Positions 1 to 9,214 of a stretch of 41,520 bases of DNA are shown here, piece by piece. The DNA comes from Actinomycetota bacterium (GTDB taxonomy: Bacteria; Actinomycetota; Actinomycetes; S36-B12). Numbering within the stretch: position 1 is the first letter of the stretch; each line of letters begins with the position of its first letter. Under the pieces are notes generated by a model. It did not search any database. It worked only from the letters and a program-made list of their open reading frames with translations, and was not told where the DNA came from. The DNA lies in contig JAUSQD010000075.1 in NCBI GenBank assembly GCA_030652695.1, forward strand, positions 1 to 41,520, read 5' to 3'. The position numbers and the translations under genes were made by a program.

Positions 1-575
1 AGGTGGTTGGTGGGCTCGTCGAGCAACAGGAGATCGGGCTGGCGAAGCAGCAGCTGGCAGAGCGCAACGCGGCGCTTCTCGCCGCCGGAAAGCACGCTGG
101 TCTCTGCATCGCTCGGCGGGCATCGCAGGGCATCCATCGCCTGTTCCAACTGAGCGTCCAGATCCCACGCGTTCTTGTGATCGATGGCCTCTTGGAGTTT
201 GCCCATTTCGGCCAGCAGTACGTCGTAGTCAGCATCTGGCGCGGCGAGCTCAACGGAAATCTCGTTGAATCGGTCGACCATCGCCTTGATTTCAGAGACG
301 CCATCCTGGACGTTCTCCAGCACATTCTTGGTCTCATCAAGCTTGGGCTCCTGCTGTAGAAAGCCGACTGTGAAGCCTTCCATCAGCATCGCTTCGCCGT
401 TGGAGACGTCATCAAGGCCCGCCATGATCTTCAGCAGACTGGACTTGCCGGCGCCATTCGGGCCGACCACTCCGATTTTGGCTCCGGGGAGGAAGGACAG
501 GGTCACATTGTCAAGCACAACCTTGTCGCCGTGCGCTTTGCGGGCCTTGCTGAGGGTATAGATGAACTCGGCCAT
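1..575 (-). CDS. ettA: Energy-dependent translational throttle protein EttA (ABC-F ATPase), 5' part; runs off window edge
   Basis: Not in the ORF track. Manual translation from ATG 575: [53 protein letters not shown] (Walker A) ... [31 protein letters not shown] (signature and Walker B). Confidence 0.95.
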   Translation of the reverse strand, partial: [191 protein letters not shown]

Positions 576-582
576 ATGCGCC

Positions 583-588
583 AGCCTA
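583..588 (-). promoter_or_regulatory. -10 hexamer (TAGGCT) of probable leaderless ettA transcript
   Basis: TANNNT 7 nt upstream of the ATG; no Shine-Dalgarno. Confidence 0.55.
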
Positions 589-626
589 ACGGCCAGAACC
601 CATGGCCGAGTTCAAGGGCTGAGGCG

Positions 627-1172
627 CTAGGCGCCCACTGGCACACCGTTCATCTGATCAGCGCCGAGCCGCTCGAACTCCTCGAGGATCTCGCCGGTCT
701 CAGGATCGATGCCTTCCGGAACCTCGTCAAGTTCTGCAATGGCAAGTTCAGCCCCCTGCAGATCAGCAATGAGTCGCTCTTCGCTCTCCACCACTGCCTG
801 CCTCTTGACTCGACTGAACGTGGCGATGCCTCGAGCCAGATCCGGACCAACGGACCTGGCTTCAATGTCCTGATAGCGAATCCGATGCGAGGACTCACCG
901 CAGGGTCGCTCCACCTCCCTGGAACGCAGCCGCCCGTGCACGACGATCGGCATGCCCTTGGTCACCGACTGCACGATGTTCTGAGCCATGTCTCGCCAGC
1001 ACGAGACACCGAAATAGTGGGTGTCGCTATCGACCCAACGATCAGTTGCTCGATCGAATCGTCGGGGTGTGCACGCAATGCGAAAGGATGCGACTGGATC
1101 GCCGGCGGCACTGAACCGCAGCGAAACATCGCTGACAACATTGCCTACAACGGTCAGTGTGATGTCGTGCAT
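627..1172 (-). CDS. ssb: Single-stranded DNA-binding protein (secondary, SsbB-like paralog)
   Basis: ITLTVVGNVVSD...VASFRIACTPRRFDRATDRWVD...VSCWRDMAQN...KGMPIVVHGRLRSR OB-fold; GGAGG SD before ATG 1172; acidic tail IDPETGEILEE; position beside ettA matches the mycobacterial arrangement. Confidence 0.92.
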   Translation of the reverse strand: MHDITLTVVGNVVSDVSLRFSAAGDPVASFRIACTPRRFDRATDRWVDSDTHYFGVSCWRDMAQNIVQSVTKGMPIVVHGRLRSREVERPCGESSHRIRYQDIEARSVGPDLARGIATFSRVKRQAVVESEERLIADLQGAELAIAELDEVPEGIDPETGEILEEFERLGADQMNGVPVGA

Positions 1173-1465
1173 GAAACCTCCCAGGTGCGGATCGAGACTG
1201 TTCTCGATGCCCACACCCTGAGTGCAAACGCTGGAGACGGCGACCCTGATTCACCGGTTGTGGATGCGATCCTCGCTGGTGCAAAGGCGTGAAGTTCCAG
1301 GGCAATTGATCGGAGTGAAAATTGTGCACTCACATGACTTGCTTGCTTATTCGTGGACAGAGCGCATACTGAAGATGACTCACCGCTTTCGCATCTGTAC
1401 CCAGCCCCAGCTCTTGCGAATCTCGGAACGCGATTCATGGCAAAGGCTTGAGGGACGGTGTGTGA

Positions 1466-3484
1466 ATGTCTCCTCCCCCTGCGTTCGCATTGGACCCCAT
1501 TGTTCCGCTGCTCATCCATCCTTTGCCCATTTCCCTGCTGTTGGTCGATCCACAATTGCGAGTGCTGTTCGCTGGAGGTCGCCAACTGCGCACCGACGGC
1601 TACGAAAGCGTCAGTTTGACCGGGCAATTGCTGACCGATGTGATGCCGGCAGATTCCCTTGAACTCTTCATCGGGGCCTACCGAGCTGCGTTTCAAGGTG
1701 AAACTTCTGAGTTGGTGTACGACAGCCCTCTTGGTGGCGGGCGATATCACGTCTCGATCCTGCCCTTTTCTGACCCGGTGGGTCAGATCGTGGCTGCGAT
1801 GTCAGTTTCGGTTGATATCTCGCATGTGGAGAACCTTGAGTTCGAACTGGGCCAAGTACGCAAGCTCATCGATTTTGGCAGCGGCATCTTCGAACGGCGA
1901 TCCGGATGGACCACCGATGAGCGCCTCCTTGCGATATGGGGCTTGGAGAGCCTGACGGACACCAACAAGAAGCTGAAAGAACTCATGCTCCCGGCGGATC
2001 GCCCACACGCCGAAGCACTCTGGAAGAGCCTGCGGCAGACGGGTGGGCGAGGCAGTCTGGACTACAGCATTGCGCATGGATTCACCAAGGAGGTTCGTCA
2101 CCTGCGTGGGACGTGGGATGTCAGTTTGGACTCCGACGGTGCAATCGTGCGCGTGCAGTCCACTCACGTTGATCTGACTGAGGTACACCGCATTCGTTCG
2201 GAGACAGATCGTGCCCGCGTCGATGCAGCCCATCAGCGCGAGCAGCTGTTGCGACGAGTGGGCGGAGTCCTGGCCACAACTGCACAGTCCATGGAAGACG
2301 CTGCGCTGGCCACCTATGAACTGGCACTGACCGCGTTTGGGTATGGCTGCGGTTTGCGACTGTTCAGTCCTGACGGTCAGTTGATCGAGCGATCGCTGGT
2401 GGGTCAGGCAGAAGGGGCTCGCACAACTGACCTGAGCCACTGGACTCGATCCAACTTTGACACCGTTGATTCTCTGCCTCCAGTGTTCAAGGAGGCCATC
2501 CGCACCCAGACCTGCCTTAGAGGGCGTAGTGAGGATAGGACCGAGGATCCGCTGGCCTGGCACACAGGCATGCGCTACCTCGCGGCTCCCATTCGCCATC
2601 GAGGTCGCGTCTATGGAGTTCTCAGCGTGGCAAGAGCAGCGCATGAGCCAGACTTCGACGCCTTTGAGATCGATCTCGCCCAATTGATGGCCGACCGTCT
2701 CGGAGCCTTTGCCGAACTCGATTCCGCGCGGGTTGCAATCGACCAGATGGGAGAGCTTCGCGCACGCCTGGGAGATCAACTCCAAGAAGTGAGGGCAGAT
2801 CAGCAGAATCTCATTGTTCAACTGGATCAGACTGAATCTCGCGAGCGTCTCAATCTGGCTGAGGCTCTCCACGACGATCCGCTGCAGATGGTGGTGGCGG
2901 CAATGCTGCAACTGGATGTGTGGCGAAGTCAGCAGCTCTCGGAGGATCCGGCCTTTGAGCGGGTGCAGTCAATGCTGGAGACCGCCGTCGAGCAACTCCG
3001 CATGGTCGTCACGACTCTTACTCCGCCCGATCTCACCGAAGGCCTTGGCCCGGCGCTCAGACATCTCGCAATAGCGACCTTCTTCGGCAGTGCAACCACC
3101 CCGAAGGTGCAGGGGCCTCAGCATGTGCCCTTGGACCCCAAGACCAAAGAGTCCGTGTATCGGATTGTGCGCGAGGCACTGGTGAATGTGCGCAAGCATG
3201 CGCATGCCAAGAACGTGGTTATTGAAATCTCGATCGGCGATGACGAAGTTCGGATCAGCGTCGTTGACGATGGCATTGGTATTCAGCATCAGCCCGCTGC
3301 GCCGGGACATTTGGGCTTGCCCTCAATGCGAGCAAGAGCCGCGTCGGCGCACGCTGATCTCGTGATTGCCAGCAATGTGGGAAAAGGAACAACCGTCGAG
3401 CTCGTGCTTCATCCGCAGCCTCGAACTGTGCGCGCGCAATCATCTGCGCTGAACAGCACGCGCGAGAAAGCAGAAGATCAATAG
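1466..3484 (+). CDS. Cytoplasmic PAS/PAS/GAF sensor histidine kinase, HisKA_3 (NarX/DegS) type
   Basis: H-box ERLNLAEALHDDPLQ; N-box YRIVREALVNVRKHAHA; G1 VVDDGIG; G2 GHLGLPSMRARA; N-terminal PAS (AYRAAFQGE) and GAF (YLAAPIRHRGRVYGVLSV); no clear TM. Confidence 0.9.
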   Translation: MSPPPAFALDPIVPLLIHPLPISLLLVDPQLRVLFAGGRQLRTDGYESVSLTGQLLTDVMPADSLELFIGAYRAAFQGETSELVYDSPLGGGRYHVSILPFSDPVGQIVAAMSVSVDISHVENLEFELGQVRKLIDFGSGIFERRSGWTTDERLLAIWGLESLTDTNKKLKELMLPADRPHAEALWKSLRQTGGRGSLDYSIAHGFTKEVRHLRGTWDVSLDSDGAIVRVQSTHVDLTEVHRIRSETDRARVDAAHQREQLLRRVGGVLATTAQSMEDAALATYELALTAFGYGCGLRLFSPDGQLIERSLVGQAEGARTTDLSHWTRSNFDTVDSLPPVFKEAIRTQTCLRGRSEDRTEDPLAWHTGMRYLAAPIRHRGRVYGVLSVARAAHEPDFDAFEIDLAQLMADRLGAFAELDSARVAIDQMGELRARLGDQLQEVRADQQNLIVQLDQTESRERLNLAEALHDDPLQMVVAAMLQLDVWRSQQLSEDPAFERVQSMLETAVEQLRMVVTTLTPPDLTEGLGPALRHLAIATFFGSATTPKVQGPQHVPLDPKTKESVYRIVREALVNVRKHAHAKNVVIEISIGDDEVRISVVDDGIGIQHQPAAPGHLGLPSMRARAASAHADLVIASNVGKGTTVELVLHPQPRTVRAQSSALNSTREKAEDQ

Positions 3485-3502
3485 GCGTCAGCGGTCAGGC
3501 GG

Positions 3503-6500
3503 CTATTCCGAGGCCGACACTTGCAAAGAAAGCGCCTCCATCACTGTGGCAATGAAGTGCGCATCATCTGTTCGCGTCTTTGTCAGGAAAGTCGTGAGGC
3601 CGGCACTCAAGGCATTCTGCTGAGCTGCGGTGAGATCCTCACCCGTGTAGATCACGATGGGAATATCTGAAGCTTCCAATGGATTTCTTGCATTCAGGAA
3701 TTCGTAGCCATCCATGACCGGCATGTGCAGATCCAAGATGATGAGATCCGGACGGTAGTGCTCGATCACATTGAGGGCTTCCAAGCCATTGCCTGCCTGT
3801 CGCACATCGATCCCTTGAGCTTCCAGCATGGCTGACACCACTTGACGAGTAGCGGCATCGTCTTCGACGACAAGCACCGAGGGACGAAGTCTTGTCTCCA
3901 GTGCGAGTCCGATACTTCTCAGCATTTCCTGGTTGGTGAACGGCTTGCGCAGCCAATTGACGACGACTGGCATAGGCATCTCATTCGGCGCATCCTGCGA
4001 ACCGGACACCACCATGACGCGCACATCCTGGAGACGATCGTCTCCCCTCAAGACTTCGAGAAGATCCAGGCCATGACCATCGGGCAGATTCAAGTCGAGC
4101 AGGATCGCATCAGGCACCATCGTGGCAAGGATCTCTCGCGCTGCGTCAACCGTGCCGGCGCTGCGAACCTGATGGCCTGCGCCTTCCAGCAGAGCCACCA
4201 TCACCAAGGACAGTTGTGGATCATCTTCCACGACTAGCAGAGAGCTCGTGGCCTGTCCCATGGCTCGTGAATTCTCGGCGACAGCCCGAACCACGCTGGT
4301 CATTTCAGGCGAAGCGGCCTGCTCGAGCTGGCCGCTGGAGTCCTGCGAAGCTAAGGGCAGCCGCACGGTGAAGGTCGAACCGACGCCCAGCTCGCTTGTC
4401 ACGCTCACCGTCCCGCCATGCTGCTCGACGATTTCCTGAGTGATCGCCAGCCCGAGGCCTGTGCCACCTTTTGCCCGCGTGGATGTCGAATCGACTTGTG
4501 AGAACCTGGCAAAGACAAAGTCGAGTTTGTCGTCTGGGATGCCATCACCGTGATCGATCACTTCGATGGTGGCGTGCGCAGCACCTGAGGCCTGGAGACG
4601 AACAGTGACGGTGGAGTCCTCATTGGAGAACTTGATTGCATTCGACAGGAGATTGGTGATGACCTGAACGATGCGATCGTGGTCGATCTCGGCTGGGAAC
4701 GCCGATTCCTGGATGTCGGTGGCGAGTGTGATGCTCTGGGCGTTCGCCATTCCGTCCACACCATCGACAGCTTCTACGACAACATCGGACAAGTCCTCGC
4801 GACCGAGCTTCAATTCCAGTTTCCCCGCGCTCATCTTCTCAAGATCAAGCACATCATTGATCAGCCGGACGAGTCGGTCGGTGTTCTGGCTGGCGATTTT
4901 CACCATCGACTTGGCCTTGTCAGGCAATTCGCCCATGGCCCCACCCTCAAGCAGTCCAAGGGAGCCTCGAATCGATGTCAGTGGTGTGCGCAGCTCATGC
5001 GAGACGGTCGAGATGAACTCGTTCTTCACTCGCTCAACTTCTTTGAAGGCGCTCACGTCATGCGACACAACCGACATGAAGCGATCATCCTGGTCACCGG
5101 TCAGCGAGTGGGCAAGCACTGTCTGCTGCACTTCGAGCTCGCCGTCCGCATAGGCAATGACCGACTCCCCTGTCCACATCCCGTCCTGCAATGCGATGGG
5201 AGTTGCCACCTTAAGCAACTCCGAGGCGATCTCATCGCCATAGAGATCAGCCAGACTGCCAGGTGCTTGCGTTACCCCATACCAACCCAAGAGTCGACGC
5301 CAAGATCGGTTGACGTGTTGAACATCGCCCTGAGTGTCGAAGAGGGCGATGAAGTCAGCTGACTCCTCAACGATGTCGACCAATCGTGCGAGCTCAGCAT
5401 CACGCAACTTCTGTTCAGTGATGTCCCGTCCTGTGGCGTAAAGACTCAGAGTCGTCGGATCTGCTTGAGATGTCCACAACACCGTTCGCAATGTGCCGTC
5501 CTTGCAGATCGTCCTTGATTCAAAGCCTTTGGAGACGGCTCCTTCGACTTGCCGAGCCACACTCTCCACTGAGCGTTCTACATCCTGGGGCGCGACAAGC
5601 TTGGTGAAGCGCTGCCCAATGACCTCCTCCTCGCTGTAGCCAAAGGCCTCGACAAACGCCGGATTCACTCTGACGAATCGTCCCTTTGCGTCCACGATGC
5701 AAAGGATGTCCACTGAAAGCCCGAAGAACTGGTCGATGTCCGAGCGCAGTTGCTCCAACTCGGTGACATCGCGCGCAGAGGCATAGATCCGCCCAGTGTC
5801 AGGGTCGAAGCGACCGGCCCAGATGAGCCTGCGGATCGACCCGTCCTTGCACACAGCGCGGGCTTCAATTCCCTCAACGGCCGTGCCGTCCTCCAACAAT
5901 CGCGCCATGGTTCCCATCACAAACTCGCGGTCCTCCGGAAACATGAGTTCCATGATTGAGATACTTTGCAATTCTTCCTCGGTGTAACCCAGGATCTCTT
6001 GAAATGCCGGATTGGCACGGACGAGGCGACCCTGCCCGTCCACAATGCAGAAGAGATCAATGGACAGTCCGAAGAAGGCAGCGCTGTCGGCCTGCGCGGA
6101 CACCAGCGCGGACATATCGAATACCAATCCGGTGAATACGCGCCTGCCTCCCACGCGGAACTCCGAGACACTCATTGCCAGTGGGAAATGCTCGCCACTC
6201 TTGCGCACCCCTTCAATCAGCCGATCCTCTGCACCGCCAACGTTGGACGCCAGCGCAGGGTCGACAGTGAAATGCGACAGGAGAGTCCCGGGAGTGGCCT
6301 GGGGCATGAGCCGGATGAAGTCCGTGCCCTTGACCTCTTCACTTGTGTAACCAAAGATCTGCTGCGCCCCGCGATTGAACTCCTCGATGTTTCCCTCGTC
6401 ATCTGTGGTGATCACACCGAAAGCTGTCGTGTCCACAAATTTGGCGAGAGCCTCGGCTGACTCCAGCGCCTTGGCCTGCATTTCACGTTCCCACTGCGAA

Positions 6501-6976
6501 AGCAGCACTCGTTCAGCGGCCTCAGCCAGCACAGCGAGCATCAGTCGATCGGAGTCGCTGAATTCCCGTGGTGTGATATCAATCACGCAAAGGGTCCCAA
6601 TCAATTGTGCATCTGGACCCTTGAGTGGCTGACCCGCGTAGAAGCGAATGTTCGGATCTCCCAGCACAAGCGGGTTATCGGCAAAGCGCGCGTCCAGCGA
6701 CGCATCGTTGACGATAAAGGCCTGCTCATCTCTGATTGCGTGGGCACAGAATGCGACATCCCTGCTGGTCTCCTGAGCTTGCAGCCCCACTCGGGATTTG
6801 AACCACTGCCTGTCGGTATCGACAAGGGTCACAACCGAGATCGGCGCATCGAAATATCGCGATGCCACCTCGGTGATGCGATCCAGAAAGGGATCGGGTT
6901 CAGTGTCGAGCAGGTTCAACTGGCGTAGTGCAGCTATGCGTGCCTCTTCATTCGAGGGAATCGCAGCAATCTCCAT
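3503..6976 (-). CDS. Hybrid sensor histidine kinase: GAF-PAS x4-HisKA-HATPase-REC-REC
   Basis: GAF (EEARIAALRQLNLLDT...RQWFKS...FCAHAI...IRFYAGQPL); four PAS repeats; H-box VSHELRTPLTSIRG; NLLSNAIKFS; DHGDGIP; GGTGLGLAI; two receivers (LLDLNLPDGHG..KPF; ILDLHMPVMDG). Confidence 0.95.
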   Translation of the reverse strand: MEIAAIPSNEEARIAALRQLNLLDTEPDPFLDRITEVASRYFDAPISVVTLVDTDRQWFKSRVGLQAQETSRDVAFCAHAIRDEQAFIVNDASLDARFADNPLVLGDPNIRFYAGQPLKGPDAQLIGTLCVIDITPREFSDSDRLMLAVLAEAAERVLLSQWEREMQAKALESAEALAKFVDTTAFGVITTDDEGNIEEFNRGAQQIFGYTSEEVKGTDFIRLMPQATPGTLLSHFTVDPALASNVGGAEDRLIEGVRKSGEHFPLAMSVSEFRVGGRRVFTGLVFDMSALVSAQADSAAFFGLSIDLFCIVDGQGRLVRANPAFQEILGYTEEELQSISIMELMFPEDREFVMGTMARLLEDGTAVEGIEARAVCKDGSIRRLIWAGRFDPDTGRIYASARDVTELEQLRSDIDQFFGLSVDILCIVDAKGRFVRVNPAFVEAFGYSEEEVIGQRFTKLVAPQDVERSVESVARQVEGAVSKGFESRTICKDGTLRTVLWTSQADPTTLSLYATGRDITEQKLRDAELARLVDIVEESADFIALFDTQGDVQHVNRSWRRLLGWYGVTQAPGSLADLYGDEIASELLKVATPIALQDGMWTGESVIAYADGELEVQQTVLAHSLTGDQDDRFMSVVSHDVSAFKEVERVKNEFISTVSHELRTPLTSIRGSLGLLEGGAMGELPDKAKSMVKIASQNTDRLVRLINDVLDLEKMSAGKLELKLGREDLSDVVVEAVDGVDGMANAQSITLATDIQESAFPAEIDHDRIVQVITNLLSNAIKFSNEDSTVTVRLQASGAAHATIEVIDHGDGIPDDKLDFVFARFSQVDSTSTRAKGGTGLGLAITQEIVEQHGGTVSVTSELGVGSTFTVRLPLASQDSSGQLEQAASPEMTSVVRAVAENSRAMGQATSSLLVVEDDPQLSLVMVALLEGAGHQVRSAGTVDAAREILATMVPDAILLDLNLPDGHGLDLLEVLRGDDRLQDVRVMVVSGSQDAPNEMPMPVVVNWLRKPFTNQEMLRSIGLALETRLRPSVLVVEDDAATRQVVSAMLEAQGIDVRQAGNGLEALNVIEHYRPDLIILDLHMPVMDGYEFLNARNPLEASDIPIVIYTGEDLTAAQQNALSAGLTTFLTKTRTDDAHFIATVMEALSLQVSASE

Positions 6977-6998
6977 CGGGCTCTCCTAGCTGGACTGG

Positions 6999-7409
6999 TC
7001 AGTTGAGGCTGGCTGCGGCTTGCTTGACCTGCTCATGCAGGCTCATGGGATCAAAGGGCTTGGTGATCACCGCGAGGGCCCCCGCCTCGATGTAGCTCGT
7101 GATTTCGTGCACTTGCGCTCGGGCGGTCATGAAGATCACTGGAATGTGATCAGTTGCTGGATTGGAGCGAAGCTGGCGCAGAGTCTCCATGCCATCCATC
7201 CCAGGCATCATCATGTCCAAGACGATGAGATCCGGAAGGTTCTCTTCTGCCGACTGCAGCCCTTCTGGGCCTGACGATGCGACAAAGGTTTCCAGGCCGC
7301 CGACATCGCGAAGGCTGATCTCTGCCACGAAGCGGATGTCATCCTCATCGTCAACAAGAAGCACCTTGTTAATGATCACGTCGCTGCTCACTTTCTCTGT
7401 CGTTGTCAT
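6999..7409 (-). CDS. Single-domain response regulator (CheY-like)
   Basis: VLLVDDEDDIR...IVLDMMMPGMDG...IFMTA...ITKPFDP; no output domain; start may be GTG 7379. Confidence 0.93.
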   Translation of the reverse strand: MTTTEKVSSDVIINKVLLVDDEDDIRFVAEISLRDVGGLETFVASSGPEGLQSAEENLPDLIVLDMMMPGMDGMETLRQLRSNPATDHIPVIFMTARAQVHEITSYIEAGALAVITKPFDPMSLHEQVKQAAASLN

Positions 7410-7731
7410 CCAGACCTGGGGCAGTCAAGGTCGCGAGTGCCAGATGCAAGGCGGCGAGCTGATCTGCTGCGTCATTCCAGACCTCGTTTTGCACCACATC
7501 GCTCTCGAGCAGTTCCTCGGCCACACCTGCCAACTGTGAACCTTCGTGAAAGCCAAAGGTCCCCAGTAGCCCATGAAGTTTGTGTGCCTCAGCCAGGCCT
7601 TCCTCGCGCGATGTACCCGGCTCCTGGCGCAGTACCTGCACGACACGCTCAATGCGTTCCAGGACGCGAGGTGCACGCTCCTTCCATAGCGGCTGCAGAA
7701 GCTCCGGCACCATCGACTCGTCTATTGCCAT
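7369..7731 (-). CDS. Histidine phosphotransfer (Hpt) domain protein
   Basis: Helical protein with AHKLHGLLGTFG matching the Hpt H-x-L-K-G motif; ATG 7731 lies 7 nt after the GT2 stop. Confidence 0.85.
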   Translation of the reverse strand: MAIDESMVPELLQPLWKERAPRVLERIERVVQVLRQEPGTSREEGLAEAHKLHGLLGTFGFHEGSQLAGVAEELLESDVVQNEVWNDAADQLAALHLALATLTAPGLDDNDRESEQRRDH

Positions 7732-7738
7732 CACTGGA

Positions 7739-9214
7739 TCACCGCTGCTCTGCACGAGGGGGATCAGTCTGGGTCGTCAATGACGTGCTCGTTGCTCCGG
7801 CACCCAGTCCGGTGCGCGTCATCGTGCCCCAGGCTGAATCGGATTTCATAACAGCACTGATGACTCCGCGCATGCGCCACCAAGCGTGCATCTGGCGGAA
7901 GCCAATGTTTTCGGCGAAGGCTGAGATGACCAGAATCACCAGGTTCTTGCGGCCTCGGTACACCGCGCGCGTCACATCGTCGACCACAACCGAAGCCAGC
8001 GAGACCATGATCCCGTAGCCCACAGCCACGAGCAGGAAGAAGATGGCAAATGGCGGATTGAGCTGTCCCATGGCAAGGCCAAGAAGGACAGTCGCGAATC
8101 CAAACAACTCAATGAACGGCCCCAAGGCCTCGAAGAGGAGGAAGTAGGGCATCACAACCAAGCCGATCCGGCCGTAGCGAGGGTTGAGAAACATTCGCCG
8201 ATGCTTGATCAGGAGTTCAGTCAATCCGCGCGACCACCGACGACGTTGTCGTCCCAGCACTTTGACCGTCTCTGGAACTTCCGTCCAATTCACCGTGTCC
8301 GGGACCATGGCCATCCGATATGGCCGCTTGTTGGACAGCATGTGGTGATGCATGCGTGCAACCAGCTCCGCGTCCTCACCTATGCAGTGCAGATCGAATC
8401 CGCCCACCTCGATCACGATGTCCTTGCGGAACATGCCAAATGCGCCCGAAATAATGAGCAAGCCATTGAGTTCAGACCATCCAACGCGGCCGAGCAGGAA
8501 AGCGCGAAGGTACTCCACCACCTGGATTCTTGGCAGCCATGAATCTGGCATTCCTGTTTGCAGAATCTCGCCACGCTCGATGACACAGCCATTGGCCACT
8601 CGGATGACGCCACCTGTGGCGATCATCCGTTCCGGATCGTTTGCGAACGGCTGGGCAACTCGGATGAGTCCGTCGCGATCCATCACGCAGTCGGCATCCA
8701 CGATGCACACCAATTCGTGCGACGCCGTGTTGATACCTACATTGGATGCGTCAGCGCGTCTGCCGGTGTTCACCTTTCGCACGACAACCAAGGACTCGCC
8801 ACCTCTGGGAAGGTGAGTGGACAGCACTTCGCCGATGGTCGGCACAAGATGCTCGACAACCTTCGGCACTTCAACAAGGTCGAACTCTGCGCGCAGCCGT
8901 TCGAATGTCTCGTCTTTTGACCCATCATCCACAACGATGATCTCGAACTTCGGGTAGGCCAGTTCAAGCATGGACCTCACGGACTGCACGATCCCAGCCT
9001 CTTCGTTGAAGGCAGCGACAACGACTGAGACTCCTGGCATGAGGGGGCTTGTCGCAAGCTCATTGAACCCCTGCAGTCCCACTCGTCGGTAGCGAGAAGG
9101 CACCTTGCGAGCCGCGATCAGGATGAATATGAGGTACGAGGTGTTGATCGCAATGAAGTAGAAAAGTACGAAATAGTTGAAAGCAAGGAGCAGTCCCTGC
9201 GCAGCCTCAATCAT
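7739..9214 (-). CDS. Membrane-integrated processive glycosyltransferase family 2 (IcaA/PgaC/cellulose-synthase-like)
   Basis: VVVAAFNEE, IIVVDDGSKD, VDAD (DxD), GEDAEL, QRRRW (QxxRW); one N-terminal and several C-terminal TM helices. Confidence 0.93.
   Translation of the reverse strand: MIEAAQGLLLAFNYFVLFYFIAINTSYLIFILIAARKVPSRYRRVGLQGFNELATSPLMPGVSVVVAAFNEEAGIVQSVRSMLELAYPKFEIIVVDDGSKDETFERLRAEFDLVEVPKVVEHLVPTIGEVLSTHLPRGGESLVVVRKVNTGRRADASNVGINTASHELVCIVDADCVMDRDGLIRVAQPFANDPERMIATGGVIRVANGCVIERGEILQTGMPDSWLPRIQVVEYLRAFLLGRVGWSELNGLLIISGAFGMFRKDIVIEVGGFDLHCIGEDAELVARMHHHMLSNKRPYRMAMVPDTVNWTEVPETVKVLGRQRRRWSRGLTELLIKHRRMFLNPRYGRIGLVVMPYFLLFEALGPFIELFGFATVLLGLAMGQLNPPFAIFFLLVAVGYGIMVSLASVVVDDVTRAVYRGRKNLVILVISAFAENIGFRQMHAWWRMRGVISAVMKSDSAWGTMTRTGLGAGATSTSLTTQTDPPRAEQR

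Noticed and set aside
3-1292. Plus-strand ORFs 3..359, 265..561 and 531..1292
   Set aside because: Antisense shadows of ettA and ssb, which carry the recognisable motifs
1221-1465. Riboswitch or ncRNA in the larger intergenic regions (also 23936-24164, 34247-34519, 36659-36833)
   Set aside because: No conserved riboswitch core recognised by eye; an Infernal/Rfam scan would be needed to exclude one
1802-2911. 369-aa minus-strand ORF
   Set aside because: Antisense to the histidine kinase; no motifs; long shadow ORFs are expected at high GC
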